Assembly (NCBI GenBank): GCA_021790275.1
Contig: JAJYIB010000001.1
Span: 1 to 51,344, forward strand
DNA length: 51,344 nt
Direction of reading: 5' to 3'
Origin: a bacterium
Lineage (GTDB): Bacteria; Patescibacteriota; Minisyncoccia; UBA10092
Part shown: piece by piece, positions 8,548-16,516 of the stretch
Numbering within the stretch: the first letter of the stretch is position 1
Layout: the number at the start of each line of letters is the position of its first letter
The notes under the pieces: model-generated
What the model saw: the letters and a program-made list of their open reading frames with translations, nothing else
The model's database searches: none
What the model was told of the DNA's origin: nothing
Position numbers and translations under genes: made by a program

Positions 8548-8937
8548 TTATTTCGCATTATACAACAAACACATTGCGAAGTCGGGCGAATTGAGGTTGT
8601 TACTTGCCAAATACGCTCGGCTTCTACATCCTCCCTTGCGGAGTTCGCGAAAATGACATTGCCTCACTTCTCTGCACTGGAACCCTCTGATTTTTTTGAA
8701 AACCAGAGAATTTTCCCAGATGTCTTTCAAAGAAGAATGAGTTGCGTTTCCGGCCAAGAATTCCGGATTTTCTCGCTGTGTCAAAGTCGGACAAAGCGAT
8801 ACGTTGCCGTATGCGTCAACGTACAACATTGATGAACCAACGCCGCAGGCAGGTGTTGTCCAATCCGCTATTGCATCATGACTGTCAAGAAATTCAAATA
8901 CCTTCTCAAAGAAGGCAGCACGTCGGGTAAAAGAGAG
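8548..8937 (-). pseudogene. 5'-truncated radical SAM/SPASM-domain gene remnant
   Basis: The frame is open from 8937 but encodes only a C-terminal Cys-rich SPASM/twitch-like part (PACGVGSS..VDAYGNVSLCP..GGCRSRAY). There is no CxxxCxxC core, and a stop codon lies immediately upstream. Confidence 0.55.
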
Positions 8938-9055
8938 CTACTAGCGAATTTAAGAAGCCGACCGAACTATAAAGACAAGAAGATAATGCTAATAGAAGAT
9001 TGATAAAAACGCAAAATCGCGCTATAATTGAGGTATTAAGCGTCATCACTCCATT

Positions 9056-11215
9056 ATGGAACGGGAATCATTTAAACCAACCATTGAAACCGAGCCAAAA
9101 GAGCAGCTGGAAGCTGCTATGCGTTCGAATCCTGAAGGAAAGAAAACAGAAACAAAAGAACGATCCCGGCAGGAGGTAATGGAACTCAAAGATCGCCTCC
9201 ATTTTGTCGCTAAGCTCCTTTCTAAAAATTTTGACTTAAGGGTTATCGCCGGCAGCGGCTGGGCCGCCGGTCTTTCGGAAAAATTTCAAAGAGAACGCCA
9301 GAAACACCCCGATAAGAGCTTGGAAGAACTTGACCCGAAACTTCTTACGCCAGAAGTCATGATGTACCCGGAAAAAGATTTGCTGGAACGAAGCGAGGAT
9401 TTTATCTGGGGCGTATTTCGCCATGAGATGGGTCACATCAAGCATTCGGATTATCAATCACTCATGGAAGCGCAAGAGGGCGCAAAGCAGGAGGGATATA
9501 ATCCGATGGACCTTTTTGTAATCTACGACGCATGGGAAGACGGCCGCTCTAACAATATGGAGGGTCAGACTTCTAAAACAGCGCGACATCGTCTCGGCAC
9601 TTATCTCAAAGAAGATATTTCGGAGGCATTGCTTCTCGATTTTGAAAAAAAGCCGCTCCCCATCCAGTATGGCGCTTTATGCTGGGCAAAAGGAGCGGAA
9701 TCTTTTATTGAAGGGTTTGACTTCGAAGAACTCAAGACAAGAATAAAAGACGAAAAAGTTCTTAAGGCGTTTGAAAAAACCGAAGAGGCTTTAGATGAAT
9801 ACCTTGGCGAGCGAAAAGGACGCAAAGCGTTCACTGACGTTCTCTGGCAAAAAGGATGGCCGATATTCAAAGAGCTCATAGACAAACACATTCAGGATGA
9901 AGCAAAGAAAAACCACGAACGAAAACAAAAAGGAGAAGGCGCACCACAACAGCAGCAGGGACAGCAGGGAGAAAAGGGCGAAGGAAAATCAGAGGAAGGA
10001 CAAGAAGGACAACAATCGCAGGAAGGCAAAGGCCAAAAAGGCGAGCAGAAAAAAGAGGGAAAGCAAAAACAGCCCGGTCAGCAGCCCGGCGAAAGCAAAG
10101 CGTGGGACGAACTTTCACAAGAAGAAAAAGAGCAGTATATCAAAGAAGCTCGCGAAAAGCTGACTGAAGAGGAGCGGGAATTTGTTAAGCGCATCCAGCC
10201 AAAATCAATGCAAATGAAAGAGCGCGAGGATGGCACGATTGAAGTTACTATGAAGGGTGTTTCTCCCGAAGATATCAAGCAAGCCGAACAGGCAGAAAAA
10301 GAATTTGACGAACAAAAAAAGAAAACCGAGCAAGAAGCCGGGAAATACAAAGAGGCAGCGGTCAAAGAGGTTAAAGAATCATTGGAGAAGCTAAAGGAAC
10401 GGGAAACAGGACTTACTAAAGAAGAACGCGAAAAATACGAAGAGTACTTTTCAGAAGTGAGAAAATATGTCGGCGCGTTAGTAGAAAAATTGGATGAAGT
10501 TTTTCCACCTCAGGAAGAGTCGGAATGGGAGGGCGGCCAGCGCCGAGGCAAGAGGGTTGATACAAGAAAACTCGCACGCGAAGTTCCCACTGGGCACGGC
10601 CGCGTATTTGAAAAAAAGGAAGTGCCGGAAATAAAAGAAGCAGCCTTTACTTTGCTTGTTGATGTTTCTGGCAGCATGCAGGGCAATAAAATCGAAGAAG
10701 CCCTCAAAGCCGCCATGCTTATGGCTGAAGCGTTTTCCCGCAAAGGAGTTCCTTTTGAAATCCTCGCTTTCCATGAAAAACTTCTTGAACTCAAACAATT
10801 TGAAGATGAATACTTTGGAAAAAAGAAGCTGGAATTAATGAGGGTGCTTCAGGAAGTGCAGACATCGCACGCGCGATATAATGATGATGGATATGCAGTT
10901 GACGGCGCGGCAAGACGATTGCAAAAACGGCTTTTGGCCAATGATGCACAAGGCGCACTTATTATCTTTTCAGACGGCCGGCCGGAGCCGAGTTCGACAC
11001 ACAGCGGTTCGGAGTGGGAACTGCATGGAATCGTAAACAAATGGTCGAGACAAGTTCCATTAATCGGCGTCGGTATTGGCCCGGGTATGGAATCAACGAT
11101 AAAAGAGTATTATGGTAAAAACGGGCTGCCGGTGCCGGACATTACCAAGCTCCCCCACGCGCTGCTTGATATTTTGCGAAAGCAGATCGCGCGTTTTGAA
11201 AAAAGAAATCAATAA
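9056..11215 (+). CDS. vWA-domain protein with an N-terminal HExxH metallopeptidase-like domain (partner of the MoxR-type ATPase)
   Basis: FRHEMGHIKH motif, a Q/E/K/G-rich low-complexity linker, and a C-terminal vWA domain with MIDAS DVSGSM...NDDG...SDG. No signal peptide or TM segment. Confidence 0.75.
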   Translation: MERESFKPTIETEPKEQLEAAMRSNPEGKKTETKERSRQEVMELKDRLHFVAKLLSKNFDLRVIAGSGWAAGLSEKFQRERQKHPDKSLEELDPKLLTPEVMMYPEKDLLERSEDFIWGVFRHEMGHIKHSDYQSLMEAQEGAKQEGYNPMDLFVIYDAWEDGRSNNMEGQTSKTARHRLGTYLKEDISEALLLDFEKKPLPIQYGALCWAKGAESFIEGFDFEELKTRIKDEKVLKAFEKTEEALDEYLGERKGRKAFTDVLWQKGWPIFKELIDKHIQDEAKKNHERKQKGEGAPQQQQGQQGEKGEGKSEEGQEGQQSQEGKGQKGEQKKEGKQKQPGQQPGESKAWDELSQEEKEQYIKEAREKLTEEEREFVKRIQPKSMQMKEREDGTIEVTMKGVSPEDIKQAEQAEKEFDEQKKKTEQEAGKYKEAAVKEVKESLEKLKERETGLTKEEREKYEEYFSEVRKYVGALVEKLDEVFPPQEESEWEGGQRRGKRVDTRKLAREVPTGHGRVFEKKEVPEIKEAAFTLLVDVSGSMQGNKIEEALKAAMLMAEAFSRKGVPFEILAFHEKLLELKQFEDEYFGKKKLELMRVLQEVQTSHARYNDDGYAVDGAARRLQKRLLANDAQGALIIFSDGRPEPSSTHSGSEWELHGIVNKWSRQVPLIGVGIGPGMESTIKEYYGKNGLPVPDITKLPHALLDILRKQIARFEKRNQ

Positions 11216-11218
11216 CAT

Positions 11219-12115
11219 ATGAACCCAGAAAAACTACAACCTACTCCTGAATCAGCCGAAACTTCCCGCGAAGAAGCCACTGCTTTCGAAGCTTTTGGAA
11301 AGCGCGGACAAAGACCCGGGGACCAGGAGAAGAAAGAACCGCAAATTGAATCCGAGCAAGCTATCTCTCTTGCCCGCGAAGTGGAAGAGGCGTTTGCTCG
11401 GAACGATTTTAACGCGGCTTTAGATAAACTTCGCGAACTTCAACGCACGACATCTCCCGAAGGAGTCGTTGAGAGCGAGCACCACGAACAGCTACTTAAA
11501 GAATTCGAACGCCAAGTCGCCACACTTTCAAAACGAGAATACGCAAAGGCGGCCAAAATGAAGCCGGATGAATTTGCAAGGCTTTTCGGACCGCTTAAAG
11601 AACATATCCGCGAAATCGCCCAGCGCGCAAAAGAAACTAAAGAAAAAGAAGGGCATATTCCATTTATTATTGTTATCAAAAACGATGTCATCGGCGGCGA
11701 AAAAGCCATGCCACTCATAGAGCTTGAGGGCAAAAAGGGATATACAGACATGAGCGCGGACGCTATCAAAGGATGTAAACCATATGAAGTAAAGCTTCCC
11801 GAAGGCAAGGCATATCTTGCGATTGATATTGAAACAGGCAAAACCACTCTTGGCAAAACTCCAGATGAAGCAATCAAACAAATCAAAAAAGACAACCGCT
11901 CGGCACTCACTGTGGAAGAAGCGGTTGCTCTCATCACTCATCACCCTGAAATTCTTAAAGATCACTATGTTTGGGCTAGTGGCTCTCGCCACGGCGCCGA
12001 CAAGGTCGCGTATTTGTGGCTCTACGAGGGTGAGCCGAGGCTCCACTGGCTCAGCTCGGACTACTCGGATGCGGAGTGGGGCTCGGCCTCCTGCGGTAGT
12101 AGAGTTGGGCCTTGA
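11219..12115 (+). CDS. DGR variable (target) protein 1
   Basis: 298 aa. The last ~41 codons are VR1. It is a paralog of 13885-14781 and starts 3 nt after the vWA stop. Confidence 0.85.
   Translation: MNPEKLQPTPESAETSREEATAFEAFGKRGQRPGDQEKKEPQIESEQAISLAREVEEAFARNDFNAALDKLRELQRTTSPEGVVESEHHEQLLKEFERQVATLSKREYAKAAKMKPDEFARLFGPLKEHIREIAQRAKETKEKEGHIPFIIVIKNDVIGGEKAMPLIELEGKKGYTDMSADAIKGCKPYEVKLPEGKAYLAIDIETGKTTLGKTPDEAIKQIKKDNRSALTVEEAVALITHHPEILKDHYVWASGSRHGADKVAYLWLYEGEPRLHWLSSDYSDAEWGSASCGSRVGP
11979..12100 (+). repeat. DGR variable region VR1
   Basis: A 122-nt match to the reverse complement of the TR (16517-16638). There are 11 mismatches, all at TR adenines. Confidence 0.9.
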
Positions 12116-12177
12116 TGCTTGGATGCTTGTCCCTCTTGTTTCTTGATATTTGATTTCCGCGAAAATTTTTTTAGAGG
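12101..12177 (+). repeat. 77-nt VR-flanking block, copy 1 (candidate target-recognition/IMH-distal element)
   Basis: 100% identical to 14767-14843. Contains the target stop codon and a tandem GATGCTTG GATGCTTG. Confidence 0.8.
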
Positions 12178-12229
12178 ATCCGCAAATCAAGTTGATAAAA
12201 TAACAAAATTAAACTATAATTTAATCAAT

Positions 12230-13876
12230 ATGCGCGAAGGCTTTCCAACAATTGAACGATTTGAGGCATTCAAGCCAGAGGATGCCGAAAAACTCTCGGA
12301 GATTACCCGTATCCGAGAAGATCTTTTGAAATCCGAAGCTTTGCCAAAAGAGGCAAAGGATATTTTATCTGGCATCAAAGTCCAAGAAAAATCCAAAGAA
12401 GTTTTTGAAGCTCTGGAAACGCACGAGCAGGAAAAAGAAACTATCGGGGTAAGCGAGCAAGAAAAAGAAGTGCGTATCGGCCGGGAAACAACCCCAATTT
12501 TCGAAGGGCCGACAGAAAAGCTGACTTGGCAGCTTCAAGCCGAGCAATTCCGAGAACAAGGCCAGACAATGGTTGAGCTGGCTTTTAAGCGCAATGACGG
12601 CGTAGAGGTAAAGCCGGGCGGCGTTGCCAGAGGCAAGACAAGATTCGGCGAATATGAACGCTATCTCCCGCTGGAAGAATATAAAGCTCTCAAAAAAGAA
12701 AATTCAAAATATCTGGATGCGGTTGATAAAATAACAAGCGGCGATGAAAAAGAACGACAAGCCGCCGAAGAATATCTAACCAAATTCAAACAGGATCACC
12801 CCAAATCCGAGTGGGTGCTTCGCGCCATGCGCCATCTCAATTCCCTTGCGGTTCACGAATCCTGCGAAACGCTTGAGCGAGATCCATATTTCGTGGAAAC
12901 CCCGTATGTGGTTGAGACAATGGAAAAACTTACACGCCTTATCAATCGCCAGCGCGAGCGGCAACAGGGAATCGTAATCATTGAAGGTGATGCCGGTACT
13001 GGAAAAAATAAAATCGTTGACCACCTCGCCTATCTCACCAAACGGCCGGTATTTCGTTTTACTTGTTCAGCCGGCAAAGACGAACAGGATTTGAAGTATC
13101 TTTTGGAATATGATGCCAAAAAAGGCACTTACCGCATTAAGTCCACCGTCATTGAAGCTCTGGAAACCCCGGGCGCAGTTCTTGAATTTGACGAAATCAA
13201 CACCTTAAAACCCGAGGTTGCTAAAATACTGAACTCTCTTTTTGACCACGACCGCGCACTTTTCTTGGGCGAAGATCGGACATCGGTAAAAGCGGCCGAA
13301 GAAGTGGTTATGGTCGGACTTCAAAATCCCCAACACTATATGGGAGTCAAACCGCTTACCGAAACTATCAAATCCCGAGCCCGCATTATGGAAGTTGGCT
13401 ATCCGCCGTTTGAAAAAGAAAAAGCGAGTCCTAACGAGCAAACACAATATCGTTCCGACGAAGCACTTATCGTTCGCCAATATATCCCCGAACTCAAAGA
13501 TTTGGATCAAAGAGAGTTTCAAATTCTTTGGGATTCGGTTGTAAACAAGAAAGAAGATCCCCGGGCGCACGAACTCCTAACAAGCGCAAGAAAAGAGCGG
13601 ATCGAGGATGTGAAAGAAGTTGTGGAGATGGCAAATAAGATTCGTGAGGCTTATCGGGCTTACCACGAAGGCAAATCAGATGAGCCAATCAAATTCGTCT
13701 TTAGTTTGCGCGAATCTGTTGAGTGTGCTTTTGAGCTTCCTCATGTTGAATTGACCGCCGAGGAAAAAAGAAAGGGTATTACCCGCGCTAAAAAAGCGGT
13801 GCAGGAAGTTGTTTTGCCAAAGATTCCGCTTGGCGAAGAGCGCACCTATCTTCAAAGCCTTGTTGCCGAACTCTAA
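12230..13876 (+). CDS. AAA+ ATPase, MoxR/AAA_5-like
   Basis: Walker A (IIEGDAGTGKNK), Walker B (VLEFDEIN), sensor-like GLQNP and SRARI. The start was moved to the ATG at 12230 because 12119-12229 is the conserved VR flank. Confidence 0.8.
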   Translation: MREGFPTIERFEAFKPEDAEKLSEITRIREDLLKSEALPKEAKDILSGIKVQEKSKEVFEALETHEQEKETIGVSEQEKEVRIGRETTPIFEGPTEKLTWQLQAEQFREQGQTMVELAFKRNDGVEVKPGGVARGKTRFGEYERYLPLEEYKALKKENSKYLDAVDKITSGDEKERQAAEEYLTKFKQDHPKSEWVLRAMRHLNSLAVHESCETLERDPYFVETPYVVETMEKLTRLINRQRERQQGIVIIEGDAGTGKNKIVDHLAYLTKRPVFRFTCSAGKDEQDLKYLLEYDAKKGTYRIKSTVIEALETPGAVLEFDEINTLKPEVAKILNSLFDHDRALFLGEDRTSVKAAEEVVMVGLQNPQHYMGVKPLTETIKSRARIMEVGYPPFEKEKASPNEQTQYRSDEALIVRQYIPELKDLDQREFQILWDSVVNKKEDPRAHELLTSARKERIEDVKEVVEMANKIREAYRAYHEGKSDEPIKFVFSLRESVECAFELPHVELTAEEKRKGITRAKKAVQEVVLPKIPLGEERTYLQSLVAEL

Positions 13877-13884
13877 TTATTATT

Positions 13885-14781
13885 ATGAGCGTTGAAAAAC
13901 CACAATTTACTCCTCAAGAATCCGCAGAAGGAGAAGTCAAAACAGAATTTGAAGCGTTTTTTAAAGATAAAAGCAAAAAAGGACAAAAAGAAGAGCCGGA
14001 AGAAGTGAAAGAACGAAAAGCCGAGCTTGAACAAAAAGCCGTGACGCTCGCTCAAGAAGCCGAGCGGGCGTTTTCTTCAAACGACTTAACGCAAGCCCTC
14101 GAAAAACTCCGCGAATTGCAGCGCACCGTCGGAATGGAGATGGTTGAAAACCGCGAACAATATGAAAAATTCGAGCAGGAGTTTAATCGCCAAATAGATA
14201 ATCTCTCCAAGAAAGGATTTCCCAAGCTTGCCGGCATGGATGAGAAAAAATTCGCCGCGATATTCGAACCATTAAAGGAGAAACTTAAGGAACTTTCCTC
14301 GCGGGAGTTTCAAGAAGGCCGAATTCCATTCGTAGTCGTTCCGCGAGACAAACTTCTTGCTTTAGAAAAGCAAATGCCTCTTGTTGAACTTGAAGGTAAA
14401 AAGGGATCTACGGGCTTTGACGATGTATCCGGATACTTCACCACCGCCAAGGGCGTTGAAATCCCGGAAGCGATGGCATATCTCGTAGTAGACATCGAAA
14501 ACGGCAAAGTCATGCTCGGGAAAAGCGCAGATGAGGCGGTAAAACAATTCAAAAAAGAAGGACGTTCTCCGCTTACCGCCGATGAAGGCGTCGCACTAAT
14601 ACTCCAGCACCCGGAAATTCTTAAAGATCATTCGCTGGACTTGCCCGGCTCTCGCCGCGGCGCCGACAGGGTCGCGGGTTTGTGGCTCTACGGGGGTGAG
14701 CCGGGGCTCAGCTGGAGCAGCTCGGACTACTCGGATGCGAGGTGGGGCTCGGCCTCCTGCGGTAGTAGAGTTGGGCCTTGA
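13885..14781 (+). CDS. DGR variable (target) protein 2
   Basis: 298-aa paralog of 11219-12115 with VR2 at its C-terminus. Starts 8 nt after the ATPase stop. Confidence 0.85.
   Translation: MSVEKPQFTPQESAEGEVKTEFEAFFKDKSKKGQKEEPEEVKERKAELEQKAVTLAQEAERAFSSNDLTQALEKLRELQRTVGMEMVENREQYEKFEQEFNRQIDNLSKKGFPKLAGMDEKKFAAIFEPLKEKLKELSSREFQEGRIPFVVVPRDKLLALEKQMPLVELEGKKGSTGFDDVSGYFTTAKGVEIPEAMAYLVVDIENGKVMLGKSADEAVKQFKKEGRSPLTADEGVALILQHPEILKDHSLDLPGSRRGADRVAGLWLYGGEPGLSWSSSDYSDARWGSASCGSRVGP
14647..14766 (+). repeat. DGR variable region VR2
   Basis: A 120-nt match to the reverse complement of the TR. There are 15 mismatches, all at TR adenines (13 A->G, 2 A->T). Confidence 0.9.
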
Positions 14782-14843
14782 TGCTTGGATGCTTGTCCCT
14801 CTTGTTTCTTGATATTTGATTTCCGCGAAAATTTTTTTAGAGG
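14767..14843 (+). repeat. 77-nt VR-flanking block, copy 2
   Basis: Identical to 12101-12177. Confidence 0.8.
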
Positions 14844-14850
14844 TATTTCT

Positions 14851-14883
14851 AAAGAGCAGATAAAAATCTGCTCTTTTCGTTTG
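14851..14883 (+). terminator. rho-independent terminator after variable protein 2
   Basis: 10-bp stem AAAGAGCAGA/TCTGCTCTTT with loop TAAAAA and a T-rich tail. Confidence 0.65.
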
Positions 14884-14907
14884 GCATAAAAGGTGGTATA
14901 TTTAAAT

Positions 14908-15035
14908 TGCTGCCTACAATATCGAATACGCGCACGCGAGGTTATCTGCCTTCTTAAGGGCCCGATTGCGGCCTGAAAGGGGCAGCCGACCTCCACAATC
15001 GGTGCGCCTCGGTGCATTCGATATTGTGGGCAGCA
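14908..15035. other. 128-nt multi-stem element closed by a 20-bp inverted repeat (structured RNA or MITE-like)
   Basis: TGCTGCCTACAATATCGAAT (14908-14927) pairs with ATTCGATATTGTGGGCAGCA (15016-15035) with one transition. Nested stems CGATT/AATCG, CTGCC/GGCAG and GCAC(G)CGAGG/CCTCGGTGC. Abuts the RT stop codon. Confidence 0.45.
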
Positions 15036-15037
15036 GG

Positions 15038-16114
15038 CTACGGCTGTCCCTTTTTTGTTTGGTCTGAAGGTTCTTTCACCCACTGCCAAAACTGCTGATG
15101 AAGCTTCTCTCTTAATTTATGGCTGTCGGCATGGACAAGAAACCCCATGTAAGAATCAAACGATCTCAAAAGGGATTCCTCGCTGATCAACCCAGCCTTA
15201 AATTGTTTGACCTTATAGCGCAGTTTTCTGAAAATTCTTCTGCGAACTTTTGCGCGAGGAACGCGAGCGTACGGCAAAGAAACATAACCCAAATAATCGA
15301 TTCCTTGCCGCAACTTGCGAATTTCCACTTTATTGGGATGAAGGGACAGATCAAGATGTGTTCTCAAAAAATCTGAAATTTTGTCTTTCAGCGAAGCGAG
15401 ATATTGATCGTCATGATGGAGAATCACAAAATCATCCGTATATCGAAGGTAATATTTCACTTTGAGGTCATGCTTCACGAACTGATCCAATTCATTCATG
15501 TAAATATTGGCGAACATCTGCGAGGTAAGATTGCCGATGGGCGCTCCTTTAATGCCGAGTCTCTGGTCGGCATCGGACGCGAAACTTCCAATGATTACTC
15601 CGACCAAATCCAAAACATCCTGATCTTTAATTTTGCGACCGATGATCTCCAGAAGGATTTGATGGTCAATGGTCGGAAAAAATTGCCGAATGTCGCACTT
15701 GAGCGCAAAGCATCCGCCTTTCGTTTGAAAAACTTTTCGTGCGTAAACGCCGAGCTGCTTCACCCCCTTATGGGTTCCCTTTTCTTTCCTGCAAGAATAA
15801 GAATCGGGAATAAAGGTCGACTCAAAAATGGGGTTAATAACGCGGAAAACCGCGTGATGGACGATTCTGTCGCGGACGGTGGCTTTGTGAATATGCCTCA
15901 ACTTCGGATCGCGGACATAAAAATCGACATACTCGCCATGCCGATATCTTTTATGGATCAGGCCGCGGTGAAGTTTAAAGAGGTTATCTCCCAAATGCCG
16001 CTCAAAAAGCTGGACATCGGCTTTTTTCCGCTTTTCTCTTTTGAAATCGTCCCACGCTTCGAGGAGATTCTCTGTTGAGACGATTTGCTCGAATAGTTTT
16101 CTGTAAACTTTCAT
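15038..16114 (-). CDS. DGR reverse transcriptase
   Basis: YTDD catalytic box (YLRYTDDFVIL) and the DGR-type IGNLTSQ motif in place of the group II/retron SP motif. 358 aa. Confidence 0.9.
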   Translation of the reverse strand: MKVYRKLFEQIVSTENLLEAWDDFKREKRKKADVQLFERHLGDNLFKLHRGLIHKRYRHGEYVDFYVRDPKLRHIHKATVRDRIVHHAVFRVINPIFESTFIPDSYSCRKEKGTHKGVKQLGVYARKVFQTKGGCFALKCDIRQFFPTIDHQILLEIIGRKIKDQDVLDLVGVIIGSFASDADQRLGIKGAPIGNLTSQMFANIYMNELDQFVKHDLKVKYYLRYTDDFVILHHDDQYLASLKDKISDFLRTHLDLSLHPNKVEIRKLRQGIDYLGYVSLPYARVPRAKVRRRIFRKLRYKVKQFKAGLISEESLLRSFDSYMGFLVHADSHKLREKLHQQFWQWVKEPSDQTKKGQP

Positions 16115-16474
16115 ATGAGAAATTTAGATCAATTAAACAACGATGCTCCGATTCTTAAACATACCATCGATCTCTACAAGGAACTCTACGGATATCTGAA
16201 AACATTTCCGAAAAAAGATCAGTATCTGCTCGGAAAGCAAATCGAAGAGCATGTGCTGGTTTTCTTGGAGCTGATCCTGATGGCCGCCGGAATGCAAAGG
16301 TTGCAAAAGTTGGAAGTCCTTGAGCAAGCCAACGGAAAATACGAGGTCTTCAAGGTGCTGCTGTATGTGGCTCGCGAGATGAAGATGATCAACAACGAAA
16401 AGTATCTTTCGGCGGAAGCAAAGGCACAAGAAATCGGAATGCAGCTTGGCGGATGGATACGCTCTTTGAGATAG
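16115..16474 (+). CDS. avd: Avd-like accessory variability determinant (four-helix-bundle, 23S rRNA IVS-protein family)
   Basis: 119 aa with an Avd-like pattern (..YGYLKTFPKKDQYLLGKQIEEH...EIGMQLGGWIRSL). Sits directly beside the RT. Confidence 0.75.
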   Translation: MRNLDQLNNDAPILKHTIDLYKELYGYLKTFPKKDQYLLGKQIEEHVLVFLELILMAAGMQRLQKLEVLEQANGKYEVFKVLLYVAREMKMINNEKYLSAEAKAQEIGMQLGGWIRSLR

Positions 16475-16475
16475 C

Positions 16476-16503
16476 GAAAGGCGTCCTTTCGAGGACGCCT
16501 TTC
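16476..16503. terminator. perfect hairpin between the avd stop and the TR (candidate bidirectional terminator or DGR RNA element)
   Basis: GAAAGGCGTCC(T)-TTCG-(A)GGACGCCTTTC, a 12-bp stem with a UUCG loop on plus (CGAA on minus). T-rich sequence follows on plus, and TTTCGC follows on minus. Confidence 0.6.
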
Positions 16504-16516
16504 TATGATTTAAACG

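Noticed and set aside
9930-10110. Apparent repetitive DNA (CAGCAG/GGAGAA/AAAGG) inside the vWA gene.
   Set aside because: It is in-frame low-complexity Q/E/K/G linker coding sequence. It has no fixed repeat unit or spacers, so it is neither a CRISPR array nor a tandem-repeat locus.
12119-12229. N-terminal extension of the AAA+ ORF (MDACPSCFLIFDFRENFFRG...).
   Set aside because: This segment is the 77-nt block repeated verbatim downstream of VR2, where no ORF follows. The ATG at 12230 (MREGFPTIERF) is the plausible start.
14727-15089. 120-aa minus-strand ORF spanning the structured element and the VR2 flank.
   Set aside because: It overlaps the VR2 flank, the terminator and the 128-nt inverted-repeat element. 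It has no start context or motifs.
15038-16114. The RT as a group II intron or retron reverse transcriptase.
   Set aside because: The motif is IGNLTSQ rather than the SP-containing motif. There is no maturase/X or En domain and no msr/msd-like repeats. The TR/VR adenine pattern fully explains the RT as DGR-type.
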